Positions 39,401-52,020 of a stretch of 57,203 bases of DNA are shown here, piece by piece. The stretch covers positions 25,473,710-25,530,912 of the forward strand of contig NC_057719.1 in assembly GCF_004010195.1 (NCBI RefSeq), in the 5' to 3' direction. The stretch's first letter is position 1, and the number at the start of each line of letters is the position of its first letter. Source of the DNA: Chiloscyllium plagiosum. Lineage: Eukaryota. The notes below the pieces were generated by a model. That model was not told where the DNA came from. It saw only the letters and a list, made by a program, of their open reading frames with translations, and ran no database searches. The translations under genes and the position numbers were made by a program.

Positions 39401-40657
39401 CTATTTCCTATTCAGCTAGCCGGAAATGACAGAAGGAGGAACAGCAGCGTCTACTTGAGACGCGGTTGAAAGCCGTCGAGGAGGCACATTTTGCATGGCC
39501 TTCGGCGACTAAGCTACAGCGAATCACAGCCCTCCGGGCTACCTTGAATTCAATACTGACACAAAACGCAAAGAAAGAACTTGCTTTTGGTAGACAAAAG
39601 CTGTTTGAATATGGGGATAGGCTAGAGAAGTATTTAGCGTACCTGACTAGGAAAAAGCGTGCTCCCCAACCCATTACTGCAATCAGAGACAGCGCCGGGG
39701 TCCTTAGATATGATGCTAAAAAGATTAATGAGGCTTTTCGGAGCTTTTACTCTGAATTGTATTGGACTGAAGGTTGTGAGGACTACAGGGCTAAAATGGA
39801 GGCTTTTTTTAAGAATGTGGACCTTCCAGGGGTAACCCTGGAACAGGCCTCTCTCATTAATGCCCCCTTGACAGTTCAGGAAATACAGGAGGCAACTAAA
39901 CAACTTAAGTGGGAAAGCTCCTGGCCCTGATGGTCTCCCATCAGTTTTATAAGGAGTTTATAGGGATTCTGTCAGGGCTGATGTTGGAGATGTACAATCA
40001 CTCCTATATGCATGAATGCCTACCACCATCTTTAAGAGAAGCTAATATTTTCGTAATTCTTAGGAAGGGGAAGGTTCCTGAGGATTGTGCCTCATACAGG
40101 CTCATCTCTCTATTAAATTCAGATTTCAAGATTCTGGCACTGAGATTGGAAAAGGTGTTGCCCCATATTGTTAAAGAGGACCAGACAGGCTTTATAAAGG
40201 GCCGTAGGTCCTCTAACAATTTTAGACGTTTGCTGAATATGGTCCAGGTTTGTCAGCAACAATCGATTCAGGGGTTGGTGATTTCCTTAGATGCACAGAA
40301 AGCATTTGACCGAGTGGAATGGCTTTATTGGGTTGGGTTGGGTGGGTGGAGGTTTTATATCGCCACCCTCTGGCCGGTAAGGCTGCCCCCCTCACCATTG
40401 TTATTTACATTGGTGATTGAGCCGCTGGCAGAGGCCATTCGTCAGAACGTCCATATAACCGCTCCAGAAGTGGGATCGAGGGCACACAAGATTACATTGT
40501 ACGTGGATGATGTCCTTCTGTTTTTATCGAACCCGATGACCTCAATACCCTATTTGATACAATGTATCAATTAATTTGGAGCTATTTCAGGATATAAGAT
40601 TAACTTTGCAAAATCGGAGGCTATGCCTTTGGGGAACCTCAAGGATGTGCCAGAAGT

Positions 40658-40708
40658 GGGCGGCACAGTGGCACTGTCTAATCTAATGTAATGTAATCTA
40701 ATCTAATC
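40658..40708 (+). mobile_element. Collapsed HE1 SINE (head plus tail only) in the L1
   Basis: gggcggcacagtggcac joined to ctaatgtaatgtaatctaatctaatc; AAGT on both sides. Confidence 0.7.
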
Positions 40709-40985
40709 AAGTTGAAGGTGGCCCTCAGTTCCCTTTTAAATTGTCACGGGCAGGGTTCCGATACCTAGGCATTTTTATTACCCCCAAGTTTGATCTGTTA
40801 TTTCAGAGATGGAAAGCTCTCTCAATTTCATGGCTGGGCCAAATATCTCTCATCAAGATTAATGTTCTTCTTCGTTTGCTTTATCCCAAGCGCATGCTCC
40901 CTATAACGTTTCCCAAGTCACCGCTGTGGAAGCTTATGGGCTGTTTTGGTCCCTTTGTCTGGATGTAGGTTTGCTCGCCTGAGGC

Positions 40986-41025
40986 CCACTGAAGATGTTA
41001 CCTAGTAGGGTGACGAAACGTCTGG
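40986..41025 (+). ncRNA. Minimal type I hammerhead ribozyme motif (Penelope-type)
   Basis: cca-CTGAAGA-t-GTTACC-tagtag-GGTGAC-GAAA-cg-TC-tgg: all core nucleotides, 6-bp stem II, 3-bp stem I. Confidence 0.8.
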
Positions 41026-42199
41026 AAATGAACCTCCCAGCTCAGCAAGCAAATCTACATCCATAGCTGTTCTGTATTCTGTGGGTTTTTTTGCTTTTCT
41101 TTCTTTTTTTTGATCTATTAGTTATTTACTTATTTATTGGTGTTGCTTTGCATAGTGTTAGGGTTTGTTTTGTATTATAGGGTCAGTTAGTAATTAGTAG
41201 ACAGTAGTTGTATTGTAATTTATGGTTTTTTTTTCTTTTTATTATACTGAAATTTGTTATTGGTTGCATTTTTCAATAATTGTATATGTTTGTAAAGTTA
41301 AAAAAATTTGCTAATAAATATATTTGCAAAAAAAAAAGTATATTTGAAATTCACAAGGTTGACAGTTTAAAAAAAATTAAAGGGATACCTTGAATCACCC
41401 AAAAATCAACAGGAACCCAGTTTACAACCAAAGTTTCAATCACTTTCATGTTGTCAATTACAATGGATTGGCTATCACTTAATATCCCCCTCAGAACATA
41501 GCCCTTGCCATCCATTAACTTGTTGTAGTTGGTCACAAGATTTGAAAGAGACTTTGTTGAGACATGACTTTTCTCCTCTGTAAAGAATATTGCCCAAACA
41601 GCTTGCATTTCCACTTGCCCACTCAAAACAGTGGCTATCTCCAAAACATTTTGGTTTAGTCTCTGTGCACCTATAGTAACTTATCCTTTGAGGATTTTTT
41701 ACTATTGCTTCATGTTGCTCATTTAAAACTGTTGCTTTCTATCAGACATTTAAATTATACATCAAGTTTTCCACTCCTTTCCTCCCTCAGCACTAAGCAA
41801 CTTCTCACTTTCAAATCATTTCAACCTCCTTTTCAACTCCTCTTGCTTTTTCTTTGAAGTTTATGTCTCTCCTTTCTTTAAAATCTCTCCATCCAAACAT
41901 ATTTTTCTGTACAGCCATCCCATGATCCCTGCTATCACATTCGCTACACGTATTGGAACTGTTAAATGGACAAGAAGATATCTAATCACTGTTATATTCC
42001 TACTCACATTCATCTTCTCAATTTCATTTATTTCTGCAGAGTTCTGGACAAGGAATTTTCCATCCGATCACTTACTAACCTGCTTTGAAATTTTAAGCCT
42101 TTGAACTACAATTTATAATTACATTTATGAAGCTATTAATTTATAAAATCACAGTTTCCAAGGCCTTTGAAGACCCCCTTACACATACACAACCATATT

Positions 42200-42960
42200 T
42201 TCCCAAGTATACACCTTATCACCATTCAAGTCCAAATGAGGCACAGTTGAGTATCTCTGGTGCACAACTGGTTTAGTCATCTATCATCAGATCTGGCAGA
42301 ACCATGTCAAGCATTTACAGATCCCACTTCCCATTTCTCTTTCACTCGCTGTCCAAAGATAATCCAATAAAACCAAGATACAGCCTGGCTTCTCTTCTCC
42401 AGCTCAGACCATCCTCCATTTCTTATCACCCTCCTCCAGTAAGGTTAGGATCTCTGACTTTCTTCCCTTCCCATAGACCACTGGGTCAAGTTTCCCAAAT
42501 GCTTGCCACTGCCCTCAGCCCTCTTTCTCTAGATTCTCTCTCTTCTTTCCCATGCTCTGTCCAAGCTGACCTTGCTCCTGAAAATCCTATTCTGACCCAA
42601 ACATTAACCACACCTTCCCTTTCTGGGACCCAAGCTGGAAAACGGTTCATGGATCCCTTTTCTCAGGTCCTGTTCCAACATCTTCCTCAAATCTGACATC
42701 ATTACATTTTCTGTCAAAAAATAAAAGCCACTTTTAGCCCCCTTCTTCCTTGAAGACAACCAGCCTATCTCCAGAGTCCCATTCTGCAATATCACTGAAC
42801 ACTTTGGTGCTTCCCAAATACATGCCTACCAATCAGGAATCCTGCCCCATTCAAATGAAATAATCCTTGTCAAATTACATTTTTTTTGCAACCATGACTA
42901 AAATCTTTCCCTCCTTGTCCATCTTGAGATATCTACAGCTTTTGATGCAATTGACCAAAA
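42200..42960 (+). mobile_element. Decayed L2-clade RT fragment
   Basis: ctccttgtccatcttgagatatctacagcttttgatgcaattgacca resembles LLVLLDLSAAFDTIDH. Confidence 0.55.
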
Positions 42961-43084
42961 TATCTAGTTTTTGTCTTCATGTGATGTTTGATCTGTTACT
43001 ATCAAGTGATTATTCATGGGTTTAGTCCTAGATGGGAAATTAGAATCCAGTAGAAAATGTACATGCCAATAAATTCAATAAAAC

Positions 43085-43304
43085 CTGTTTCTTTCATTCT
43101 GGAGTAGCTCCAATGCTTCATTACGTGTCTTCAGAAGCTGATCTGCCTCTTCCAGTCTCACTTTGAGCACAGCCAGCTGAGAATCCTTGGCACCCAGCAC
43201 CTCATTCAGGTCATCAATCTGGGAACGCAGTTCCCTACCTATCCTGTCGGACTTGGAATTTTCAGTATTCCATTTTTCAATCTGTTTCCTGGCTTTATTT
43301 AACT
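43085..43304 (-). CDS. golga5: Golgin-84, coding exon 3 (absent from the ORF track)
   Basis: tttttaag|AG then LNKARKQIEKWN...AKDSQLAVLKVRLEEADQLL...ERN AG|gtttt; 220 nt, phase 1 to 2. Confidence 0.95.
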
Positions 43305-44967
43305 CTTAAAAACAAAAACATTTAGTAAGAAACGATTAGGCCAAAATACAGACGAGCACATCCAAACAAACAACGGTGAAAATAACTAGCAGTGCAACTA
43401 GACTCTAATGGAATATGAATGTCATACATATATAATACTAAGTGAAATGCACATGGCCACACAGCCAGCATTTGTGGTTATAATTATCACAATAAATTAA
43501 GGTCTTAGTTTAATAGTATAGAGCACAAGATGTGGTATGTAGTATTAGTATATTGGCATAATGGCCATTAGAGTCATTGTCCAGTGGTGTCACTGTCTAG
43601 TGTTGTCACTGTCTAGTGTTGTTAATTTGTTGAATATATATGCTCTATATAGGAGTGAAAAAAATTGACTGCAGCCAATTACTGTCTTCATTACCATTAC
43701 TCAGCTGAGCTCACTGGCTTAGCATAGGCAACACTCCTGATAGCTGTTTGGAGTCACGGAGAGAATACAGTAAGGGCATTTGATCAGGAAGCCTGAAAGT
43801 AAGAATTTCTGCTGAAATGAACATGAAGACAACATTTAAATTTCTCTGCAGGTTTTCAGGCTGACAACTAACACTGTTCAGTCTGGGATAGGGCAGCAGA
43901 GATAAATGAATGGAGGAAGGGAGAGCAGGGATGGGAGATGATGGTGGAAATCAAGATGGAAATCATGAGGTGTGGTCTAGAAGTGTAGAAAACATTCCTA
44001 GTATACTCAGCTCAAAGAGCACCATTTAAGGTTTGTCTTGCCTCTTGAGATACGGAAACCTTGACCAAAATTCAATACAGAACTTCACAAAAATGGAGCA
44101 CGCAGCTAATTTAAAGACTTCAAATGACCCACCCACGTACCAAGAGCAATTTGATCACCCAGAAGGGAATGAGTTGAGGGTTAACTGAATTACTTTCCAT
44201 TGTTATTTGTCTACTTCGCTGAACCCACTTGATAACACTTGCATTCATTTTAACTCACCCCAATAAAATCTGAGAGCTTTACTGTAGCATGGCTTAGTGC
44301 AATGTCTTGTGATATACTGATCAGCCAACTAATTTTAAAAATGGTTATCCTTCAAATATGATCCAGGTTTCTTTACATTTTAATGTAAGTTGTCAAGTAA
44401 GCTGGCCTTCTTTTCTGCTTTTGGTTGTTCTTTGCTTGAATTTGAACAATCTCTCCTGGAACAAAGCTAAGTGATTAAATCAATTGAGCTTTCAGGAGCA
44501 AAATATTTCAGTTCAATATTTTTAAACCTGCCTTTGCTCAAGTTCACTTGTGCCACGCATTAGCCTAAATAACAATAATGATTAACGTTCCCTCCAAGGC
44601 AGTGCGTGCACAGCAATCAGAACGTGCCATGCAGGGAATAAAGAGGCCAGAACATAAGCAACACCCCTTCAAGATGCATGCATGCGATGCCAGGTATTTA
44701 TTCTAACGGGGTCATACAGTGCAAAAGGATGATTGCACACAAACTGAAACTGAAGGAACCTTGATAAGGACTATGAGAGCTTTTCCTTTTCCTGACCCTA
44801 AATGATAGATTACATATTTTAAAAAATGCTTTGTGTGACATACAATTAGAAACATATGCCTGGAATCCTGTTTATATAATTACCACAAACGGTCTGTTTG
44901 TACCCAAGTCGTGGATGCACGCAATGAATGCAATTCTGAGAGTCAAGTGCTAGTATTCCTGTCGTAC

Positions 44968-45189
44968 CTTCTTGTGTTTGCTTTGATCTCTCAATCACTG
45001 AAGCCATTTCTTGGTTCAAGGAGGAAACTTCTCCCCGCAGCAGCTGGTTCTCAAGCCGCAGGTTTGATAGCTCAAGTGACTGACTCTCATCTTTAGCTGA
45101 TAAACTTCTGCTAGCTGTAATACTTGATGCTTGCTCTTTTGAAGGCTCTATTTGGGCATCGTCGCTCATATTAGAGCTTTCTGAGGCAC
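44968..45189 (-). CDS. golga5: Golgin-84, coding exon 2
   Basis: ttttcag|GTGCC...ELSNLRLENQLLRGEVSSLNQEMAS...QTQE G|gtacga; 222 nt, phase 1 to 1. Confidence 0.95.
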
Positions 45190-46336
45190 CTGAAAATATT
45201 AAAACAATAACCAATAAATGAAAAATTAAGGATAACTTAATTCACACTTTCAAAGACTAGCTTGATTTTTATATGTTATGTCACAACCTCTATCAATAGG
45301 TGTAGATAATTCAAAATTCACTGACAGTACAGTAACCTATAGTGGTCCAAAACAGATTTGAACGTTCAAACATCAAGATTATACTTTGCAGCTGTCTGAA
45401 CAGCTTTACACAATGCAACTGTGAATTGGTAACTGAGGTGTGGGTGGTGCTCTTCGTACCTGACAGGCAATAGTTTTCCTAATTAATTTTAGGAATTGGA
45501 AAAAAGTGTGCTAGCTGAGGCGCTGATCACCATATCCAATTTTCTAATCCATGCTCCCAGTGGAGTGAAATGCAGTAACATGTTGGAAATTTAAGTCTTG
45601 TCAAATTCAGTCTTGCTGAACATTCAACTAGATGAAAAGAAAGTATCATGTACATTCTAAATGCATCCCACTCGGCATCCATGTGTGCTTTAATGTGGTC
45701 CAACCATACAGCTTTTAAGAACATAAGAATAAACACCAACTCCTCTGCCAGTATTTAATTATAAAGTATACATGATCAAATTTTGCAACACATCAATTGG
45801 TAGAGAATTTCTGTGCCATTTCAGAACCTACAGATAACTTGTGGGTATGCGGATGGGGGATTTGGCTGCTGCACTGAATCACTTACTTCTTTATTCCTTT
45901 ATTTTGTCTTGACCATTTTCAGGCCTCTATTCCAGAACCCCCACACTAAAGCTGTTTCCCGATACCTTTACAGCTTCTATTTCACTATCCTATCCAACTG
46001 CTAGCCCAAAAGTCGCACAATTCCTTTGCCATCAAGCCAAACTTGAAATTGCCCTGGGAGGGCCCACAGCTTCGCTTGTTAGTGTTCTTAGCATTCTCCT
46101 GGTGGAAAACTTAGGTGTCAGTCAACAATTCTATACAAGGTGCAAAGTCTTTTGCACGTTTTCCTACCTTCTACTTTTGCTGATCTTCCTAGCTCCATAT
46201 CCGTAAGTGGCAAACTCCCACTCCTTTTCATTCCGTTCATCCCTTGCACCATCATAAACAAAGACCCTTGCCATTGTCACATTGGCTGCAATGACATTTT
46301 GGCTTTCAACTGAAGTTGTAAGACTATAAGATATAG

Positions 46337-46492
46337 GAGAAAGTGAAGACTGCAGATGCTGGAGATCAGAGTCGAGTGTGGTGCTGCAAAAGCACAGCAG
46401 GTTAGGCAACATCTGAAGAGCAGGAGAATCGATGTTTTGGGCATAAGTCCAGGGCTGTCTGACCTACTGTGCTTTACCAGCACCACACTCTC
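46337..46492. mobile_element. Short Penelope-derived fold-back insert
   Basis: Inverted arms; 15-bp direct repeat gactataagatatag at 46322-46336 and 46493-46507. Confidence 0.8.
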
Positions 46493-46499
46493 GACTATA

Positions 46500-49400
46500 A
46501 GATATAGAAGCAGAATTAGGCCATTTGGCCCACCAAGTCTGTTCCACCATTCAATTATGGCTGATATCTCTTTTTCAACCAATATCCTGACCAATCAAGA
46601 ACCAATCTATTTCTGTCTTAAATACATTCAATGGCTTGGCCTCCACTGCACTCTGTGGTCATGAGTTCCACAGGTTACCCATCCCGAGTCATCCAGCATG
46701 GAAACAGGCCCTTTTGCCCAACTAGTCCATGCCGAACAAGCTTCTTAAGCTGAACTAGTCCCATTTGTCAGCATTTGGCCCACATCCCTCTAAACTTTAC
46801 CTACCCATGCACTTTTAAAATGTTGTAACTGTTCCCGTCTCTACTAATTCCTCTGATAGCTGGTTCCATAAATGCATCACCCTTTGTGATAATAAGTTGC
46901 CCCTCAGATCCCTAAGTCTTTCCCCTCACCTTAAACCTATGCCCTATGGTTTTGGACATCGTTATCCTGGGGAAAACATCTTGGCCATTCACCTTATCTA
47001 TGCCCCTCATGATTTTATTAACCTCAATAAGGTCACCCCTCAGCCTCCATCGCTCTTAGGGAGAAAACTCCCAGCCATTCTGCTTCTCCTTATAACTCAA
47101 ACCTTCCAGTCTCAGTAACATTCTTGTAAATCTTTTTTGCACCCTTTCCAGTTTCACGATATCCTTCCAAAAGCAGGGTGACTAGAATTGTATGTAGTAC
47201 TCCAACTGTCTTGTACAGCTGTAACATAACATTCCGACTCCTGTACTCAGTGCTGCGACTGATGAAGACCAGTGTGCCAAATGCCTTCTTCACTACTGTC
47301 TACCTGTAATGCCACCTTCAAGGAACTATGTACCTGCATCCCTCATCTCTCTCTCTCTGCTTGACAACACTTCCCAGGGCCCTACCATTAACTATGCAAG
47401 TTGTGTCCTGGTTTGTCTCACCAAATGCAAAACCTTGTATTTATCTGAATTAAACTTTATCTGCCATTCCTCGGCTTGATGACCCAGTCAATCAAGGCCC
47501 TGTTGTACTCTGAGATAACCTTCTTCACTATCCACTATACCACCAATTTTGGTGTCATCTGCAACCTTACTAACCATGCCTTTTATATTCTCATCCAAAT
47601 TGTTTATATAAATTACAAACAATAAACCCAGCACTGATAATTGAGCACACTGATGATCACAGGCTCCCAGTCTGAAAAACAACCCCATACCACCACCCTC
47701 TGTCTCCTCCCATCAAGACAATTGACTAGCTCTCCATGGACCCCATGTTATCTAACCTTACGAATCAACCGTCCATGCAGAACCTTGTCAATGGCCTTGT
47801 TAAGGTCCATGTAAATAATGTCTATCGCTCTGCCTTCATCTATCTTCTTGGTTATCTCTTCTAAAAATGCAATCAAATTTGAGACACACAATTTCCCACA
47901 TACAAAGCTATGCTGACTATCCCAAACCAGTCCTTGCCTTTCCAAATACTTATAATTCATATTTCTTAAAATCCCCTCCAAAAACTTTCCCATCACTAAC
48001 ATTAGGCCCATCAGTCTGTAGGTCCTGGCTTTTCCTCGGAGCCTTTCTGCTGGCTGAAGAAATTCCTCTTCATCTCAATTCTAAAAGGGTCATCTCTTCA
48101 CTTTGAAGTTGTGCCCTTGGGTGCAAGACTCTACTACAAGTGGAAACACCTTTTCCATGTCCACTCTATCATGCCTCTTAGCATCCTGCAGGTTTCAAAG
48201 AAATTCTCCCCCCATCCTTCTAAGCTCTATTGAGTACAGACTCACTGTACTCCTCATAGACAAGCACTTCATAAGTTCCTGTGGATCCCCTCGATCACCA
48301 GCACACCCTTCCTTTGACATGGGACCCAAAACTGTTCACAATAGTCAAAAGCAGTCTGATCAGAGCCTCATACAGCCTCAGCAGTACATTTCTGCTCTTG
48401 TACTCTAACCCTCTTGAAATGAATGCTGACATTGCATTTGACTTCCTAACTACCATGTTAACCTTAAGAGGATCATGAACTAAGACTTGTAAGTCCTTGT
48501 GTGTTTCAGATTTCCGAAGCCTTTCCCAGTTTAGAAAATAGTCTACTTAAATGTAAACGCAAATAGTTGTGGTCTCAACACTGACCCCTGCAAAACTCCA
48601 CTACATCCCTGCTGTCAGCCTTCTGCCAGTCAGCCAATCCTATGCAAGTCAGTAACTTTTCCCCTAACACCATGGGCTCCAATCTTATTTAGCAGCCTCT
48701 TGTGTGGCAGCTTATCAAAGACCTTCTAAAAAATCAATTGGATCATGTCCATTAGCTCTTCTTTGTGTAATTTGCTTGTTACCTTCTCAAAGAATTCTAA
48801 CAGATTTGTCAGACATGATCTTTCCTTGACAAAGCAGTGCTGGCTCCACCCTATTTTACCATGCATTTCCAAGTACTCTGCAATCACATCCTTAATAGAG
48901 GACTCAGATCTTACCAATGACCAAGGTCAGGCTAACTGGCTTATAACTTTCCTTGCTTCTGCCTTCCTCCCTTCTTAACCATTTTCCAGTCCTCTCGGAC
49001 TCTCCCTAACTGCAGTGATTCTTGAAAGATCATCAATGTCTCTATAATCTCCATAGCCTACACGTTCAGAACTCTGGCATATAGTCCATCTGATTTATCC
49101 ACCTTCAGACCTTTCAGCATCTTCTCCGTAGTGATAGCTACTAGACTCATCTCTGTCCTTTGATTTTCTTGAAATTCTGACACCTATTCAGTTCCTATGC
49201 CATTTCTTTTTCACCATTTCTACTTCTCCAGTCTCATTTTCCAGCAGTCCAATGTCCAATCATTTACCTTTTAGATATCTAAAGAAAACTCCTACAACTT
49301 TTTGTATGACTAGCTCGCTAGCTTCCTCATATTTTATATTCTCCCACATTTTACTTTTTTGGTTATCCTCTGCTAGCTTTAAAAGGTTTTCCACTAATCT

Positions 49401-49870
49401 TTACCACTTTGTAAGCTTTTGCTTTTATGCTGTGGCTGAGTTCCCTTGTCAGGCATGGTTGCCTCATCCTCTGCCTTGTATGTTTTTTCCCCCCCAAGAG
49501 ATGAATTTCTGCTGTGCCTCCCAAGTTACCCCCAGGAACCCTTGCCATTGCTGCTCCACTATCTTCGTTGCTAGGATCCACTCCCAATCAACTCTGGCCA
49601 GCTCCTATCTCATTACCTTTACTCAGTAGGAATACTGTTACATCTGAGTCAATCTTCTTCTCAAACTGCCGGGTGAATTCAATCATATTGTAGTCACTGT
49701 CCCTCTAGGAATTCCTTCACCTTCAGCTCCCTAATCAAGTCTGCCTCATTACACACAACTAAATCTGGAATCGCCTGTTCCCTAGTGAGCTCTAACATAA
49801 GCTGCTCCAAAAAAAAAGACGTCTTGCAGACATCCCATGAATTCCTTTTCTTGAGATCTGCTACCAACCT
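46500..49870 (-). mobile_element. Nested CR1 LINEs: inner about 46683-48045 within outer 46500-46682 plus 48046-49870
   Basis: Inner DSQHSF, YMDLNKAIDKV, VADDTKIGG; outer SQHCFVKERSCLTNLLEFF, TREQAIPDLV. Confidence 0.85.
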
Positions 49871-50552
49871 GATTTTCCCAATCCAGCTGAACTCATAGGT
49901 AGGAATAACTGGTTTACTGCACTCTCTTTCTGGCGGAACATCAATGACCTGGTCCCTTTGTGCTGCTAGCACTCTTTTCCTCTCCCATCATCACCCCAAA
50001 TCACTGCAGCAATGGTGGCCCTCATTGCCAAGTTAAATATGCAATTATAAAAAAAGGTGAGGTTTACAGAACAGAAAAATCAACAGTCACTCCATGTACT
50101 GGGTTATTTCCAAGATGGCTGGGACAAGCTATACAAAAGCAAACATTCAGACTCTCCGAAGCACAATACCTAGGATTCCCTGGCAGTCAATGAAAATTTA
50201 TTTTGAAAACCCCATTTATATCATATGTTTATAGGGTCCTACTGTTGATTAACTGAAAACAACATGTTTCATGCACAGGGAAATTTCTGATGAATTATTA
50301 ATATTACAAACACTGAAATGAATTCAAGACTGTATTCCCAATCCTATATCTAAGTGAACTGCACTTAACTTTCCTGATATTGGAGACATCTGGATTCCTT
50401 GATCAGAGGACCACAATGGCCTTCTTACGATAGCAAGGTCCTCCTGTAAATATCCCCCCTTTCTAAGGTAATCCCCGATTGCTTTTTGCTTGTGCAAACC
50501 AAAATTAAGCTGTTCTCTCCCACTGTCTGCTTCAAACATTTATTTTTTTTTT

Positions 50553-50861
50553 TAGATTACATTACAGTGTGGAAACAGGCCCTTCGGCCCAACAAGTCCA
50601 CACCGACCCGCCGAAGCGAAACCCACCCATACCCCTACATTTAACCCTTACCTAACACTACGGGCAATTTAGCATGGCCAATTCACCTGACCCTGCACAT
50701 CTTTTGGACTGTGGGAGGAAACCGGAGCACCCGGAGGAAACCCACGCAGACACGGGGAGAACGTGCAAACTCCACACAGTCAGTCGCCTGAGGCAGGAAT
50801 TGAACCCGGGTCTCAGGCGCTGTGAGGCAGCAGTGCTAACCACTGTGCCACCGTGCCGCCC
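50553..50861 (-). mobile_element. HE1-type V-SINE, CpG-rich and probably young
   Basis: Intact A and B boxes, gggccgaagggcc and taatgtaatcta tail. Confidence 0.92.
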
Positions 50862-50869
50862 ACTATAAT

Positions 50870-52020
50870 AGGTAGGCAGGAGGCTTGAAGACCACAGCAA
50901 GCCAGGCAGCATCAGGTGGTGGAGAAGTCAATACTTCATGCATAAACCTTCTTCAGGACTGGGGGTGGGTGTGGGGAGGGAACTGCAGATAAAGGGGGTG
51001 GCGGGGTGGGGATAGGTGAAGACAGGCAGAAGATACGACCTGGTTGGTCAATAGGAGGAACGAATCAAGTTGGTGGCAAGGAGGAGTGGAATGGTGAGGG
51101 AGGTGCTGGGAAGGCATTCAATGGATGGGAAGGGAGGTTATTTAAAATTGGAGAATTCAATGTTGAGTCCTCCAGGCTGTAGACAGCCCAGGCAGAAGAT
51201 GAGGTGTTGTTCCTCCAATTTGCGGTCTGGTTCATTGTGGCAATGCAGGAGGCCAAGGATGGTCATGTTGGAAAGGAGTGGTTGGGGAAACTGAAACGAA
51301 CGGTGACCGAGAGGTCCAGTCAGCTCCTGTGGGCCCCGGCTGTGATGCTTGGCAAACCGTTCCCTAAGTTTACGCTCGGTCTCCCCGATGTACAGAAGAC
51401 CACATCGGGAGCACCTGATGCAGTAAACTATTTTGGAAGGGAGGCAGGTGGACTCTATCACCTGGAAGTACTGTTTGGGACCTTGGATGGAGGTGAGGAG
51501 GGTGGTGTACCAGCAAGTTTTGCATCTTTTCCAGTTGAAGGGGAAGGTACCTGGGGGTTCGGTGATGAGAGTGGTGCAAACCAAGGACGGTCGAAGGGAA
51601 CAGTCCTTGTGAAAGGCAGAGGGGGATGCGGAGGGGAAAATATTCTTGGTGGTGGTGTCTAGTTGGAGTTGGCGCAAATGTTTAAGGATGATGTGTTTGG
51701 TGTGGGGTCTGATGGGGTGATAGACGAGGATAAGGGGCCTCTGTCTTTATTGTGTTGGCTGGGGTGTTTAGAGCAGGGAAATGGGGAATGGAGGTGGTGC
51801 AGTCAAGGGCTGTCTGGATGACAGAGGGAGGAAAAGCACGCTATTTGAAATAGGTGGACATCTGGGATGCTCACGAGTGGAATGCCTCCTTGTCTGAGCA
51901 GATGTAGCGGAGGAATTGGGAGAATGGGTTAGAGTTCTTGCAGGATCCTGGGTGGGAGGAAGTGTGGTCCAGGTAGTTATCGGAGTCAGTGGGTTTGTAT
52001 AAACGTCTGTCTGGAGACTC
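50870..52020 (-). mobile_element. Penelope-like element 3' part with GIY-YIG endonuclease remnant
   Basis: CKTC...IVYCIRCSRCGLLYIGETERKLRERFAKH...LQPGGLNIEF, followed by a terminus with a decayed agtc-ctgaagaagg...gact hammerhead. Confidence 0.9.

Larger units (their letters stand above)
38166..41337 (+). mobile_element. 5'-truncated L1-clade LINE, disrupted ORF2 from 38526, antisense to golga5
   Basis: TWNIKG, LLQETHL, GDFN, SDH, YRLISLLNSDFKIL, DQTGFIKGR, SLDAQKAFDRVEW, LYVDD; T-rich 3'UTR, AATAAA 41313-41318, A tail. Confidence 0.92.

Noticed and set aside
43588..43623. 16-bp tandem duplication (gtcactgtctagtgtt x2)
   Set aside because: Ordinary slippage duplication with no further structure
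51138..51677. 179-aa GIY-YIG ORF as a domesticated nuclease gene
   Set aside because: Frameshifted after RERFAKH, upstream part broken, and embedded in a Penelope copy
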